A DNA stretch of 64,000 bases from Camelus ferus (lineage: Eukaryota), in assembly GCF_009834535.1 (NCBI RefSeq), contig NC_045697.1:62808001-62872000 (forward strand). The letters run 5' to 3'. The notes under the pieces were generated by a model that saw nothing but the letters and a program-made list of their open reading frames with translations, did no database searches and was not told the DNA's origin. Shown one piece after another: positions 1 to 11,655 of this stretch (position 1 is its first letter; each line of letters begins with the position of its first letter). The position numbers and the translations under genes were made by a program.

Positions 1-839
1 GAGGTACAGTTTCATTGGTACATAATTTCACAGGGGAAGAAGCAAGCAGACACCAAACACTTGTTTTCTCATGTCTGATCCACAGGCTTCAATAAATAGT
101 GTTCATTAGAAGTCTGCAAATTACAGACATACATTACTTGATGTGTTCAATATATTTAATAAATCTTCCTTCCAAATTGTCCTCGAAAAATTATATTGCC
201 ATTTAAAATACTTCTTGATTCATGGGAAATGAGAAGCAATTCTTTAGTAGAGTAGATTTATTTGATAAGAATTTCTATTTTTCTGAAATTTCACTTTTTA
301 TTTGAGACGTGCCGGGTGATGGTTTACTTTGTACTTGAAGTCCTTATGTTTTGAGCCTATGTATTTCTTAAAAATCTGTGGCACTATCACTTAAACAGGT
401 ATTCTTTCAGTAAAGAACCTGTAGTTCTCCCTTCCAAGTGGGCAGCAGCTGGAAATTGCATTGTTAAACAAGCAGTCTTTGTGGCAGTCCGCTTATAAAG
501 CGGCTATAGCTTTTAACACGGCTGATTTTGAGTCGCCTCAATTATGCAGGTGGTTTACGTCTGCCAGTTTACACAGCTTCCCCATGTCCAGGTTCACCTA
601 AAAGGAAACTCGAATAATTTTATTTTTTTCCAAACAGAACCAGAGTCTTGCACTTCCGACACCGACGCGGCAGCACATTGCCTTGCGGATGGGGGTGGAG
701 CACTTGACGCTGCAGTCCTCGCAGAGCATCGTGCTTCAGTACACGGGATAATGAATGTCGGCCACATCATTGCTCAGGACTGGAAAAAATGAGGCAGCCC
801 CCATGCTTAACTCTCTCTTCTCTTTTTGCTTCGGTCCAG

Positions 840-947
840 CCCAGGAGCAGCAGCAGCTGATACAGAGCAACCAGGCTGAGAGTCCCACCGCTGTTGGCAG
901 AGGGACACCGGAGCAGCAACAGCAGCACCAAGACTGCGGTGACCCAG
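840..947 (+). CDS. MMRN1: Multimerin-1 internal coding exon (about exon 4), Gln-rich linker AQEQQQLIQSNQAESPTAVGRGTPEQQQQHQDCGDP
   Basis: Polypyrimidine tract and CAG acceptor end at 839; GT donor at 948; 108 nt, phase 1-1. Translation matches recalled human AQEQQSLIHTNQAESHTAVGRGVAEQQQQQGCGDP. Confidence 0.9.
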
Positions 948-1810
948 GTCACAGATTGTAATTCTACTGTTCTTAACCCAGTCATTGTCAACGCTACTTA
1001 GGACGACTTCCAAACAAGAGACCGCTTTGCTGTCAAATGTTTGATGGTGACATTAACATCCCTCTCAGTCCTTTTCTATTACTGCTGCACATTGCGGGAA
1101 ACTGTGCGTGAGCTGCAGGTTCCCAGCCTGAAGGGACCATGTATAAGTATTGAAGTTCTGTGTGCAGGCACAGAAGGAGACTAACCGTCACACTAGGTTG
1201 TAAGGAAATCACAGGTTTCCAAAATAAAGTCAAGGAGAACCTCGGAAGAAGCTTGATGTGGATGGAAGGACTCGATCATTTTAAGGGCTCTAAGAAGGCT
1301 CTCTTCCACTGGTTGATAAGAGATCACCAAGAGGTGTTGATAGCCGACTAGGGCCAGGAATTGTGGCTCAGAATCAGCAAGAACCTCCTGTTGACCTAAA
1401 GTTGACATGGCACATATTTTCTCATCTTTTTCATCTATTTCTCCATTTCTTTTAGACCTCATCTCTTAGAAACATAAAGTTGGTAACTGCTAAAAACATC
1501 TCACTGTGTTTAGTATGTATCTAGTCATACAAAACAAGGCACTCAAATTGAGAAATCTGATACAAGAGGCTCTCTTTAAGAATGCAGGTGAATGTATCTT
1601 AGAAACTCTATTCAAACTTTTTTTTAAGAGATTGAAATTCAGTATTTTCATAAAATACCATAAAATCCTCCTTGAATTATTGAAATGCATGTGTAAAGGC
1701 ATGGAAAGTGTCACTGCTCTATAAAGTGATTCAAACTAAATTCTGAATCTCATTATCTCATTGAAGAATACCTCAGTGAAGAATAAATTTCTCAGAATAT
1801 AGATACAAAT

Positions 1811-1857
<47 letters not shown>

Positions 1858-1900
1858 GCGATCTATCTATCTATATCTATCTGCCTATCTATCTATCTAT
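1811..1900. repeat. (TCTA)n tetranucleotide microsatellite, interrupted
   Basis: Visible tandem TCTA units. Confidence 0.95.
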
Positions 1901-1939
1901 TTGGCTACACCTATTTTATACTAGAGCATTGTATTTGAA

Positions 1940-2050
1940 AGCAGAATATGAGTCAATAGGTCTGTAGCCTCAAGCAAGTTATTTTGATTTTTCTGACCCT
2001 CAGTTTCTTCATCTACTGAAAGTTTAACAATAAATCTTTCAGGTTAAAAA
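1940..2050. mobile_element. MIR fragment
   Basis: Core-like gcaagttatt...tctgaccctcagtttcttcatct. Confidence 0.55.
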
Positions 2051-2296
2051 GAAAGACTAAAACTTCTGGGTGAAGTTAAAACATTTTAGAACTCTAAGAT
2101 ATTAGACTGCTTTTTACAAATTTCTACCCTTAAATAGTGTAAAATTCAGGTTGCATTTGCTAAGTGCATATAGTCTATATTTTCAAATATAAAGTACACA
2201 CAGGGTTTATTTGAATTACCTTTCAACCTACCATGAAATTCAAGTGTTTTTAAATGTGTATTTTTAAATGTTTCATATTTTGTCTTCTACATGCAG

Positions 2297-2470
2297 CAGT
2301 GACACAAAAAATGTCTGACCAGATGAACCACCAGGCAATGAGACTGACCCTTCTGCAGAAGACCATTGACAATATTTCCTTGGCTCTGAGTGATGTCAGA
2401 AACACGTACTCCTCCCTAGAAGGGAAAATCAGTGAAGATAAAGGCAGGGAATTCCAATCTTTTCTAAAAG
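2297..2470 (+). CDS. MMRN1: Multimerin-1 internal coding exon (about exon 5), AVTQKMSDQMNHQAMRLTLLQK...EFQSFLK
   Basis: CAG acceptor at 2294-2296 (tandem CAGCAG); AAG|GTAAAA donor at 2471; 174 nt, phase 1-1. Matches recalled human EVMQKMTDQVNYQAMKLTLLQKKIDNISL... Confidence 0.93.
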
Positions 2471-3034
2471 GTAAAAGTAAAATAAATTATTCCTTCAGTT
2501 GAGACAGAAGGAAAATGACTTGTTTATCTCTTCTCACATCATTTTGGGATCTTTGCTTTAGATTGGGTGGGATAGATGTCGAAGGCAGATTTTTTTTGCA
2601 TAAGATACTTCTAAGTCCCTCAATTTCTGAAATAATTAGAGAAATCTAAATATTTTTAATAATATAGTCAAATCTTAGAATATTTCATCTGACCTATTGA
2701 CATTATGTACCTAGTTACAGCCTAGTTGTATTTCTTTGTAGTTAAAATGAGCTGTACTTAATCTGCTTCCATTGCAGTTTCCATTTCAAGATAAAGATGA
2801 GGTTGAGGGATGATGATTAAGGCAGCTGGATCCATGGTTATCTCAATAATATTGATGAAGATATTAAGGATAAATATAAAGCCCAATATTATCCCAACAA
2901 TTATCTAGCTCAGGGAGTATAATCAATAAAATGTATTCTAAAGTGTATCAGATCATTAATAGAAAGGTGAATCAGTTTTGCCTGACTTTTGTGCTCTTGA
3001 AATAGCCGATGTGTTCTTTTCTGGATTATCCTCC

Positions 3035-3441
3035 AGATAATCCATTTCTTGCTAATTCGAGCTGTCAGAATTCATTTTCTTGCAGTTGTAGGACTGAGGT
3101 CCCATTTTCTTGAGTTCAGAAACTGTGGCTTGTTCCCAGCTTCTAGGGAGCACTGCGTCTCTTGGCTCATGGCCTTCTTCCTCCATCTTCAAAAGCCAAC
3201 AACAGCTGTTGAGTCCACAGGGCAGCTCTCAGACCCACTCTTCTGCCTTCTTCTTCCTCTTTAAGGACTCAGATGATTACATTGGACCCATCTGGATAAT
3301 CCAGGATAATCTCCTCATTTCAAAGTCCTTAACTTTAATCACATCTGTCAAAGTCCTTGTGCCCTGTAAGGTAACATATTCACAGGTTCAGGGAATTAGG
3401 GTGTGAGCATCTTAGGTAGGGCAGCATTATTCTGCCTACCA
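3035..3441 (-). mobile_element. MaLR LTR (MLT1D/E-like)
   Basis: Recalled motifs gattacattggacccatctggataatccaggataatctc and terminal cattattctgcctaccac. Confidence 0.8.
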
Positions 3442-6400
3442 CGGAGATTTATATCTAGGGAGTAATTGTATTATTGTGCATAATACAATGGGACTATTTG
3501 ATCGTTTCAACAAATACAGTCTAAGGGGATCAGGGAAGGCTTCTACAAAAAGAAACCATCTCAACTGATAAGAAATGAAGAGATCAGAGGAATTCAACAG
3601 GCAAAGAGGTTTCAGGTAGGGCATGGATATTCTAGACAAGTATTTTGGTTACCAGGAGCATCTCAATTCACTGGGTTTATTGTATGTTTCCAAGTATTAG
3701 GATTGCTGGTCCCTTTCACTTTGTTTTATACATTAAAAAATACTCACTGTACATGCCGTTTCTATCACTCATGAGTTTTTTTTCTTTTTCTTTTTTTTTA
3801 ATGTGATTCACAAGTAAGAGAGAGAAAAAGGTAGAGGTCAATCAAAAAATATATAAACCCAAGTAATACAACATAAAAAAGAAAAGGTGGGGGTTTCCAT
3901 ATCATCTACCAGTACAGAGCAATCATGATTTTTTTTAAGTCATTTAAATTATTGGTGGTATTAACCAATCGAAAGAAAGACTCTGTCCTTGCCCATTTCT
4001 GGCATATTCCCTTTGGCTAAAACCTACCCATGGCAAGCATGAGAGAGGAATACATCTCACCTGAAGTGATAGCATGAGGAAGAAGTCAAATAGAAGCAGC
4101 ATGTAATTGACTATAACCACAGTAATAAAATTTGTTTAGTAAATTTGGTTATCATAACCTGAGAGAATTAGACCTGTCAACAGCTTTTTGTGAACCTACT
4201 AACAAAACTTCAGGCACTGACACAGGAAAAAACATACTCATAGCAATGACAATGACAAAATTCCCTCTTCAATAGTAGGCATCAGTTTATGTACTGAGCA
4301 CAATTATGAGAACCAGAGGGCTTGTAGTTAATGAATGTTCATACAGGAAACAAAAACTAAACTCACCCTCAAGGTGTTGCACTTTCCTAGCAAAACCACA
4401 ATCCCTTCTCTTACTCCACATCGAAGTGGAGAGACACTACTTTAATCTGCTAGCAGTCAGGGCAACTGTTCAAAATCAAAAGCCCCAGTGCTGTAAGAGC
4501 CATCTGAACCTTTTGAATAGGCCACCTGCTCACAACCAGGGAAGGGGCATGCAGAGGTGTCTGATATCAAATATATCTGTTAAGTCACCAAATACGTTAT
4601 CAATTTTTTTAGGAAGTAAATGCACATGAGTCACATGAAACAGAATCAAACAGAGGTAAAATGATGTGCTCATTCAGATACTGACATAAAGCACTTTGAC
4701 ATAATTTTGCAAAATCAGATTCTTACATAGATGTTTGTTTAGTAAAAAATTATAGAAATATTATCTGGAAAGTTTCTTATCCTGAAACAAAATTTTAACC
4801 CTATAACCTTTTTGATTCCTTTTCAGATCCTGCTGTGATTTTTACCCTTTGTCCAATGTATTTTTCCATTTAAGTTTTAAAGCTCTTAGGAGGTACAGCT
4901 AAAGTACCTCCTAATTTTTTATTTTTATTGTTTACTTTTCCCCTAATTATTTGATAAAGATTCTGCACTGAATTTTACCTTTTTACAGTGTTTTCATTCT
5001 TTTTTCCAACTTTTAGATCATGTAGTTTTTCCCTTGCTGACGTTAAAAACCTATTGTGATTGTCCACAACTAATTAATCAATTCAGTTACGCTTAAGTTT
5101 TATTTTACCTTGTCAATCTTGAAAAACATTTTAAAGCCAAAATTACGAGGCTATATATTCCAGGAAAGTCTAATTACTAACCTTAAATATTTTATTGTGT
5201 TTCTTCCAGTTGTTGTTGTCATGAGATAAAAACAATTTTAACTAACAGGAAATGATTAAATAATCCTGTAGAAAGTGCAATAAATATAACTTCACTATTG
5301 AGTAGTGACTTAAACTCAGTGAAGCTGACATATTCTAAACATTAGAAATCTAATTTTCCAAATTTTGTTTTCTGTGTGGCATCTAGAATATACTCAATGA
5401 ATATTTCCTGTATAAATGAGTGATGTGTTAAATGCTAAGTTAATTTTAGAAAATAGAAATACATTGAAACCTTTCTTGGTGTGATTATTCATGTTAGTAA
5501 ATGCAAACTGTTTCAGTGTAATTGGTCTTAATGGTAGCTGCTTAATCTTTTCTAATTTGGCCTTTCCTTAGCACTTTGGTGCTGTGTGTCATTGATTACC
5601 TTTTCATACTTCACGTGCTTTTATTATTTTCCTATTATAGACAAGTTGATTTTTACTTACTTATAGTTTCTAGACTTTTAAGTTTCTTTTAGTGTCCACT
5701 AGGTTTAGAAATGTAAAATAAATTTTTGTACTCTGGAAATCCTGTTATCAATTAACAACATTTATCTTTAGGGTCGAGGATTCCTGGGGAAATATTTATC
5801 CATTCACAACTTTGTCTTTGTACCATAATATCAGAAAGCTCACGCAATACATCATTCTATTTGGTATAATTTCTCTTTCACGATGCGTTTTATGTAGGTC
5901 TCTCATTCAACTTCTGAAAACTTGTGTACAAAACAGAGACACATAGAGACTATATATTTTTACCCTTTAATCATCTTTCTTGAATAGGCTTCATGGTCGC
6001 CATAACTCATTTCACAGCACCCTATTGTGCAGACTTTCCTGTTTAAAATGTTTGTATTATGTTGCCAATATTTTATATTATCGGCATTGGCTACATGTTG
6101 GATTTGAGTGGACAGACCTTCCATTTGTATCTGCTTCATCCCTATGTACTATCAATATTCCTCAAACATGTTTTATTTTTTCCATTTTTCTGGTTTCTTA
6201 TGTACAGGGTGTTTTTACATGTTTAAATAATCATTTCCCATTCTAAATGATTCTAAATAGTTCAAGACCCTTTTTCTTTTCCTTTTCTTTTTAAATACTA
6301 CTTTTAGAGCTGTCCAAATTCTGGCTTATGATCAATCTATTCTTTCTAATATGGGGATACTAGTATATACTTTATTAGTGGCAGGTTTTCTCTCCTCTTT

Positions 6401-6609
6401 TGTTAAGAATTAATGTCCTATTATGATAATTGAGGTATATCTTAAATTCCTATTTTCATTTGACTTAGTGTTGTGATGCCCAAACCTCTCATTATTTTTA
6501 TTTTATTGTTATATTAAACTATTGTTGAATTTTATTATTATTACTTCATACTGTTCCTCATTTGGGAATCTCATTAAATTTCTTCTCTGAAGTCAATTTA
6601 TTCATTTTT

Positions 6610-6626
6610 TTAACATTTTTTATTGA
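6610..6626 (-). mobile_element. Minimal L1-tail insertion with 16-bp TSD
   Basis: caatttattcattttt repeated at 6594-6609 and 6627-6642; the insert reads TCAATAAAAAATGTTAA on the minus strand. Confidence 0.6.
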
Positions 6627-6678
6627 CAATTTATTCATTTTTATGAGCTCAAAACACAAGCTCTGAAAAATCTAATTA

Positions 6679-6918
6679 CAGTTGACCCTTGATTAACATA
6701 GGTTTGAACCTCCTGGGTCCACTTATTGGCAGACTATTTTTCTATAGTAAATACTACAGTACTATGGGATCCACAGTTGGGGGTTGAATCTGAGGGTGTG
6801 GAACTCTGGATTCAGAGAAACCCTGGATATGACAGAGGGCCAACTATAAATTATATGCAGCTTTTTGGCTATACAGAGGGTTGGCACCCCAACCCCTGCA
6901 TTGTTCATGGGTCAACTT
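6679..6918. mobile_element. Tigger2-derived MITE (Tigger2a-like), 240 bp
   Basis: TIRs CAGTTGACCCTTGA / TCATGGGTCAACTT, with TA on both flanks (6677-6678 and 6919-6920). Confidence 0.85.
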
Positions 6919-7190
6919 TATAAGAAAACTGATTAACCTCATGAGCTAACACCATGTTTTATTTTCTAAGGCAGAAAGCCCAAAGCCATTTATTGTCATA
7001 CAAGACTAAGACTGGACCTAGAATCATTGCATACAAAAATACGCTAACTGAAGTCATAGTAGTTCTTCTATGTCTTTTGTCTAGAGCACCTTAGTTTTAT
7101 GGTTCTAGTGTGTGTAACACTGCAGCTGACTTCTTCCCTCAGACATATCAGTTAAGAAGGTGATCACCTTCTATGAACTACAGTAATTTT

Positions 7191-8123
7191 TTTTAAATTA
7201 TTGAAGTATGGTCAGTTACATGTCAATTTCTGGTGTACAGCATAATGTCCCAGTCATACATATACAAACATATATTTGTTTTCATATTCTTTTTGATTAT
7301 AGGATACTACAAGATATTGAATACAGTTCCCTGTGCTATACAGAAGAAATTTGTTTTTTTAATCTATTTTATATAGTTAATATTTGCAAATCTCACACTC
7401 CCAATTTATCCCTTCCCAACCTTTTTTCTCCCCAGTAACCATAAGTTTGTTTACTATGTCTGTGAGTCTGTTTCTGTTCTATAGATAAGTTCATTACTAT
7501 CTTCTTTTTTCTTTAGATTCCACATATGAGTGATATTGTATGATATTTTTCTTTCTCTTTCTGGCTTACTTCACTTAGAATGACATTCTCCAGGTCCATC
7601 CATGTTGCTGAAAATGGCATTATTTTATTCTTTTTTATGGTTGAGTAGTATTCTATCGTGTAAAGATACCACAGCTTCTTTATCCAGTCCTCTGTCAATG
7701 GACATTTAGGTTGTTTCCAGGTCTTAGCTATTGTATATAGTGCTGCTAAGAATATTAGGGTGCATGTATCTTTTGGCATTAGAGTTGCCTTTGGATATAT
7801 ATCCAGGAGTGGTATTGCTGGATCATATGGAAAGTCTATTTTTAGTTTTTTGAGGAATTTCATATCTATTTTCCATAATGGCTGCACCAAACTACATTCC
7901 CAACAGCAGTGTAGGAGGGTTCCCTTTACTCCACACCCTCTTCAGCATTTATAATTTGTGGACTTTTTAATCATGGCCATTTTGACTGGTGTGAGGTGAT
8001 ACCTCATTGCAGTTTTGATTTGCAGTTCTCTGATAATTAGCAATATTGAGCATTTTTTTCATGTGCCTATTGACCACTTGTATGTCTTCATTGGAGGATT
8101 GCTTTTTTAGGTCTTCTGCCTAT

Positions 8124-8170
<47 letters not shown>

Positions 8171-9499
8171 ATTAAGTTTTATGAGCTGTTTATATATTCT
8201 GGAAATTAAGCCTCTGTCAGTCACATCATTTGCAATTACTTTCACCCATTCCATAGGTTGTCATTTTGTTTTGCTTACGGTTTCCTTTGCTGTGCAAAAG
8301 CTTACAAGTTTAGTTAGGTCCCATTTGTTTATTCTTGCTTTTATTTCTATTGCCTGAGTAGACAGCCCTAGGAGAACATTACTAAGATTTATGTCAGAAA
8401 ATGTTTTGCCTATGTTTTCTTCTGAGAGTCTTGTCTTATATTTAAGTTTTTAAGCCATTTTGAGTTTACTTTTGTGAGGGACTATGGTGTGAAGGACTAT
8501 TCGAACTTCATTGATTTACATGTGGCTGTCCAGTTTTCCCAGCACCACTTGCTGAAGAGATTGTCTTTTCTCCATTATATATTCTTGCCTCCTTTGTCAA
8601 AGATTAATTGACTGTAAGTCTGTGGGTTTATTTCTGAGCTCTCTATTCTGTTCCATTGATCCATGTGGCTGTTTTTGTACCAATATCATGCTGTTTTGAC
8701 TACTGTAGCTCTGTAGTATTGTCTGAAGTCTGGGGGTGTTTTTCTTCCAGCTTTGTTCTTTTTCTTCAGTATTGCTTTGGCAATTCTGGGCCTTTTGTGA
8801 TTTCAGATAAATTTTAGGATTATTTATTCTAGTTTTGTGAAAAGTGTCCAGGTTAGTTTGATAGAAATCGCATTAAATCTGTAGATTGCTTTGGGTAGTA
8901 TGGCCATTTTAACAATATTAATTCTACCAATCCAGGAACATGGGATATCTTCCCATTTCTTTAAGTTATCTTTAATTTCCTTAATCAATGTTTTGTAGTT
9001 CTCCATGTATAAGTCTTTCACTTCCTTGGTCAGATTTACACCTAAGTAATTTATTTTTTTGGATGCAATTTTAAAGAGGATTGTTTCTTTACTTTCTCTT
9101 TCTGATATTTCATTGTAAGTGTAAAAAAATACAACTGATTTCTGTATGTTGATCTTGTATCCTGCTACCTTGCAAAATTCTGTTATCAGCTCTAGCAGTT
9201 TTTGTGTGGAGCTGACCTCCGTGCTGGAGAGGGGGTGTCACAGCGTGAAGGTGTTTCCTCCGTTGCTGTTCTTTCCTCAAGGGACGGGTCCTGCACCAAT
9301 TTCCTTTTTCTTTTTATTTTTTCCCCCTACTGGATTTTATGAGAAATCTTCTTGTATTTCAAAGTAAGAGATACTCTGCCAAAGTTCAGTAGGTGTTCTG
9401 TGCAATTTGATGGGTCTGTAGATGTAATTTTCAGTGTATTTGTGGGAGGGGATAAGCTATGTGTCCTTATACTCCACCATCTTGGCACTCCCCCCCTGG
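7191..9499 (-). mobile_element. LINE-1, internally deleted (5' UTR joined to 3' ORF2 and 3' UTR), with 14-bp TSD
   Basis: ORF2 fragments 8824-9021 ([17 protein letters not shown]...[22 protein letters not shown]) and 7513-7890 (...[13 protein letters not shown]...). L1-type start GGGGGGAGTGCCAAGATGG near 9496. TSD actacagtaatttt at 7177-7190 and 9500-9513. Confidence 0.93.
8124..8170. repeat. (TTG)n microsatellite inside the L1
   Basis: About 15 perfect TTG units. Confidence 0.95.
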
Positions 9500-9665
9500 A
9501 CTACAGTAATTTTAAAAAATTCTTAAGTAAATAAAGTGAGGAAGTATTTTTATTATTTTATGATGTTAGTGTTTAGTCTCAAACGTTTATATTTTTAAAG
9601 ATATCTAAAGTTTACATAATTGAAATCATGTGTCACTTATTGTTGTTTACCCTTTCCTTCTCCAG

Positions 9666-11655
9666 GTCTAAAATCCAAAAGCATTACTGATCTGGTAAAG
9701 GACATAGTAAGAGAACAATTTAAAATTTTTCAAAATGACATGCAGGAGACCATAGCACAGCTCTTCAAGACAGTATCAACTCTATCAGAGGAGCTTGAAG
9801 ACACCAGACAAATAATTCAACAAGTTAATGAATCTGTGGTTTCAATAGCAGTCCAGCAAAAGTCTGTTTTAATACAAGAAAATAGGCCCACTTCGACTGA
9901 TATATTGGAGCTAAAAAATCACATTGTGAATATGAGACAAGAAATGACACTCACATGTGGAAAGCCTATTAAAGAACTAGAAACAAAGCAGACTCATTTG
10001 GAAGGTGCCTTAGAACAGGAACACTCCAGGAGTGTTTTGTATTATGAATCCCTCAACAAGACTCTTTCTAAAATGACGGAAATACAGGAGCACCTTTTAT
10101 CAACTGAGCAACTCCCCAGTCAGATGAGTGTTCCAGCTGCTGAATCAGTTAGTGATAATGTCACTGAGTACCTGTCTACTCTACATGAGAAGATAAAGAA
10201 GCAGGGTTCAGTGATGCTGCAGATGTTTGGTGATTTGCACATCCAAGAGAGCAAGATTAACAATCTCACCCTTGCTTTGGAAATGGAGAAAGAATCTGTC
10301 AGGAGTGAATGTGAAGACATGTTATCCAAGTGCAGAAATGATTTTAAATTTCAAATTGAGGACGTAGAAGAGAATTTACAAATTTTAAACCAAACATTGG
10401 CTGAGGTTCTCTTTCCAATGGACAATAAGATGGATAAAATGAATGAGCAACTAAATGATCTGACTTATGATATGGAGATTCTTCAACCCTTGCTTGAGCA
10501 GGGAGCATCATTTCAAGAGACAATGACATACAGACAACCAAAAGAAGCAGCAGCGATGAAGAAAAAAGTGGAAAATCTGACTAGTGCTGTCAACAGTCTA
10601 AATTTTCTCATCAAAGAACTTACAAAAAGATACAACTTACTTAGAAATGAAGTACAGAGTCGTGGTGATGCCTTAGACAGACGTATCAATGAACAAGCCT
10701 TAGAAATGGAAGATGGTCTGAATAAGACAGTAACTATTATAAATAATGCCATTGATTTCATTGAAGACAACTACGTGTTAAAAGAGACTTTAAATACAAT
10801 AAAGTATAATCCTGAAGTCCATCATAAATGTACCCAGAATATGGAAACTATTTTGACATTTATTTCTCAGTTTCAACATTTGAATAATTCTATTCAGATT
10901 TTGGTCAATGACAATCAGAAATATAACTTTGTCCTGCAAGTTGCCAAAGCCCTTGCATATATATCTAAAGATGAAAAACTGAGTCTGTCCAATTTTGAAA
11001 ATATTTACCAAATGTTGAATGAGACCAGTTCCCAAGTGATAAGATACCAGCAAAACATGAGTCGTTTGGAGGAAAAAATACTTTCAGCCACAAAGATTTC
11101 CAAAAATTTTGAAACCCGGTTGCAAGGCATTGAGTCGAAAGTGACCAAGACGCTCATACCTTATTACGTTTCACTAAAAAAAGGCAGTGTGGTGACAAAT
11201 GAAAGAGATCAGGCCCTTCAACAGCAGGTACTCACTTCCAGATTTAAAGCTCTGGAAGCAAAATCCATCCATCTTTCGACTAATTTCTCTGTACTTAACA
11301 AAACTCTCTATGAAGCTTTAGTGATGTGTTATAATGCTTCTACAGGTGTATCAGAACTGAATGCTACCATATCTAAGAGGATAAAAGGTTCCCTACCAGA
11401 TACTCAACTTCTTCAGAAAGGTCTGACAGAATTTGTGGAATCAGTAATTGAAATAAAAATGCAAATTGTGCTATCTAATTTAACTCGGCATATAAATCAG
11501 TCATTGTCTGGTAGTCTTGCAAACCTTGTCAAGTCACAGGAGCGAATAAAACCATTGCTGAAGAAACCCAATACACTTAAGAAACCAGCAGTGAATCTTA
11601 CCCCGTGCCCTGATAGGCCGGAACCAAAGAAACACAGACAACGTTCTACTTCCTG
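9666..11655 (+). CDS. MMRN1: Multimerin-1 large coiled-coil exon (about exon 6), with an apparent +1 frameshift near its 3' end
   Basis: ORF 9620-11659. Acceptor cctttccttctccag ends at 9665; donor CTG|GTAAGC at 11656. Translation GLKSKSITDLVKDIVREQFKIFQNDMQET... closely matches MMRN1, with many NxS/T sequons. Length 1990 nt = 3n+1. Confidence 0.96.

Noticed and set aside
728..780. Minus-strand C/D-box snoRNA-like pattern (ATGATG...CTGA)
   Set aside because: Only about 40 nt between the boxes, imperfect box C, and antisense to the host gene.
767..991. Minus-strand ORF with signal-peptide-like Leu runs
   Set aside because: It is the antisense reading of the CAG-rich MMRN1 exon.
8046..8357. 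Poly-Leu ORF (also poly-Ser ORF 14774-15013 and Phe/Val ORF 57720-58019)
   Set aside because: These are translations of microsatellites.
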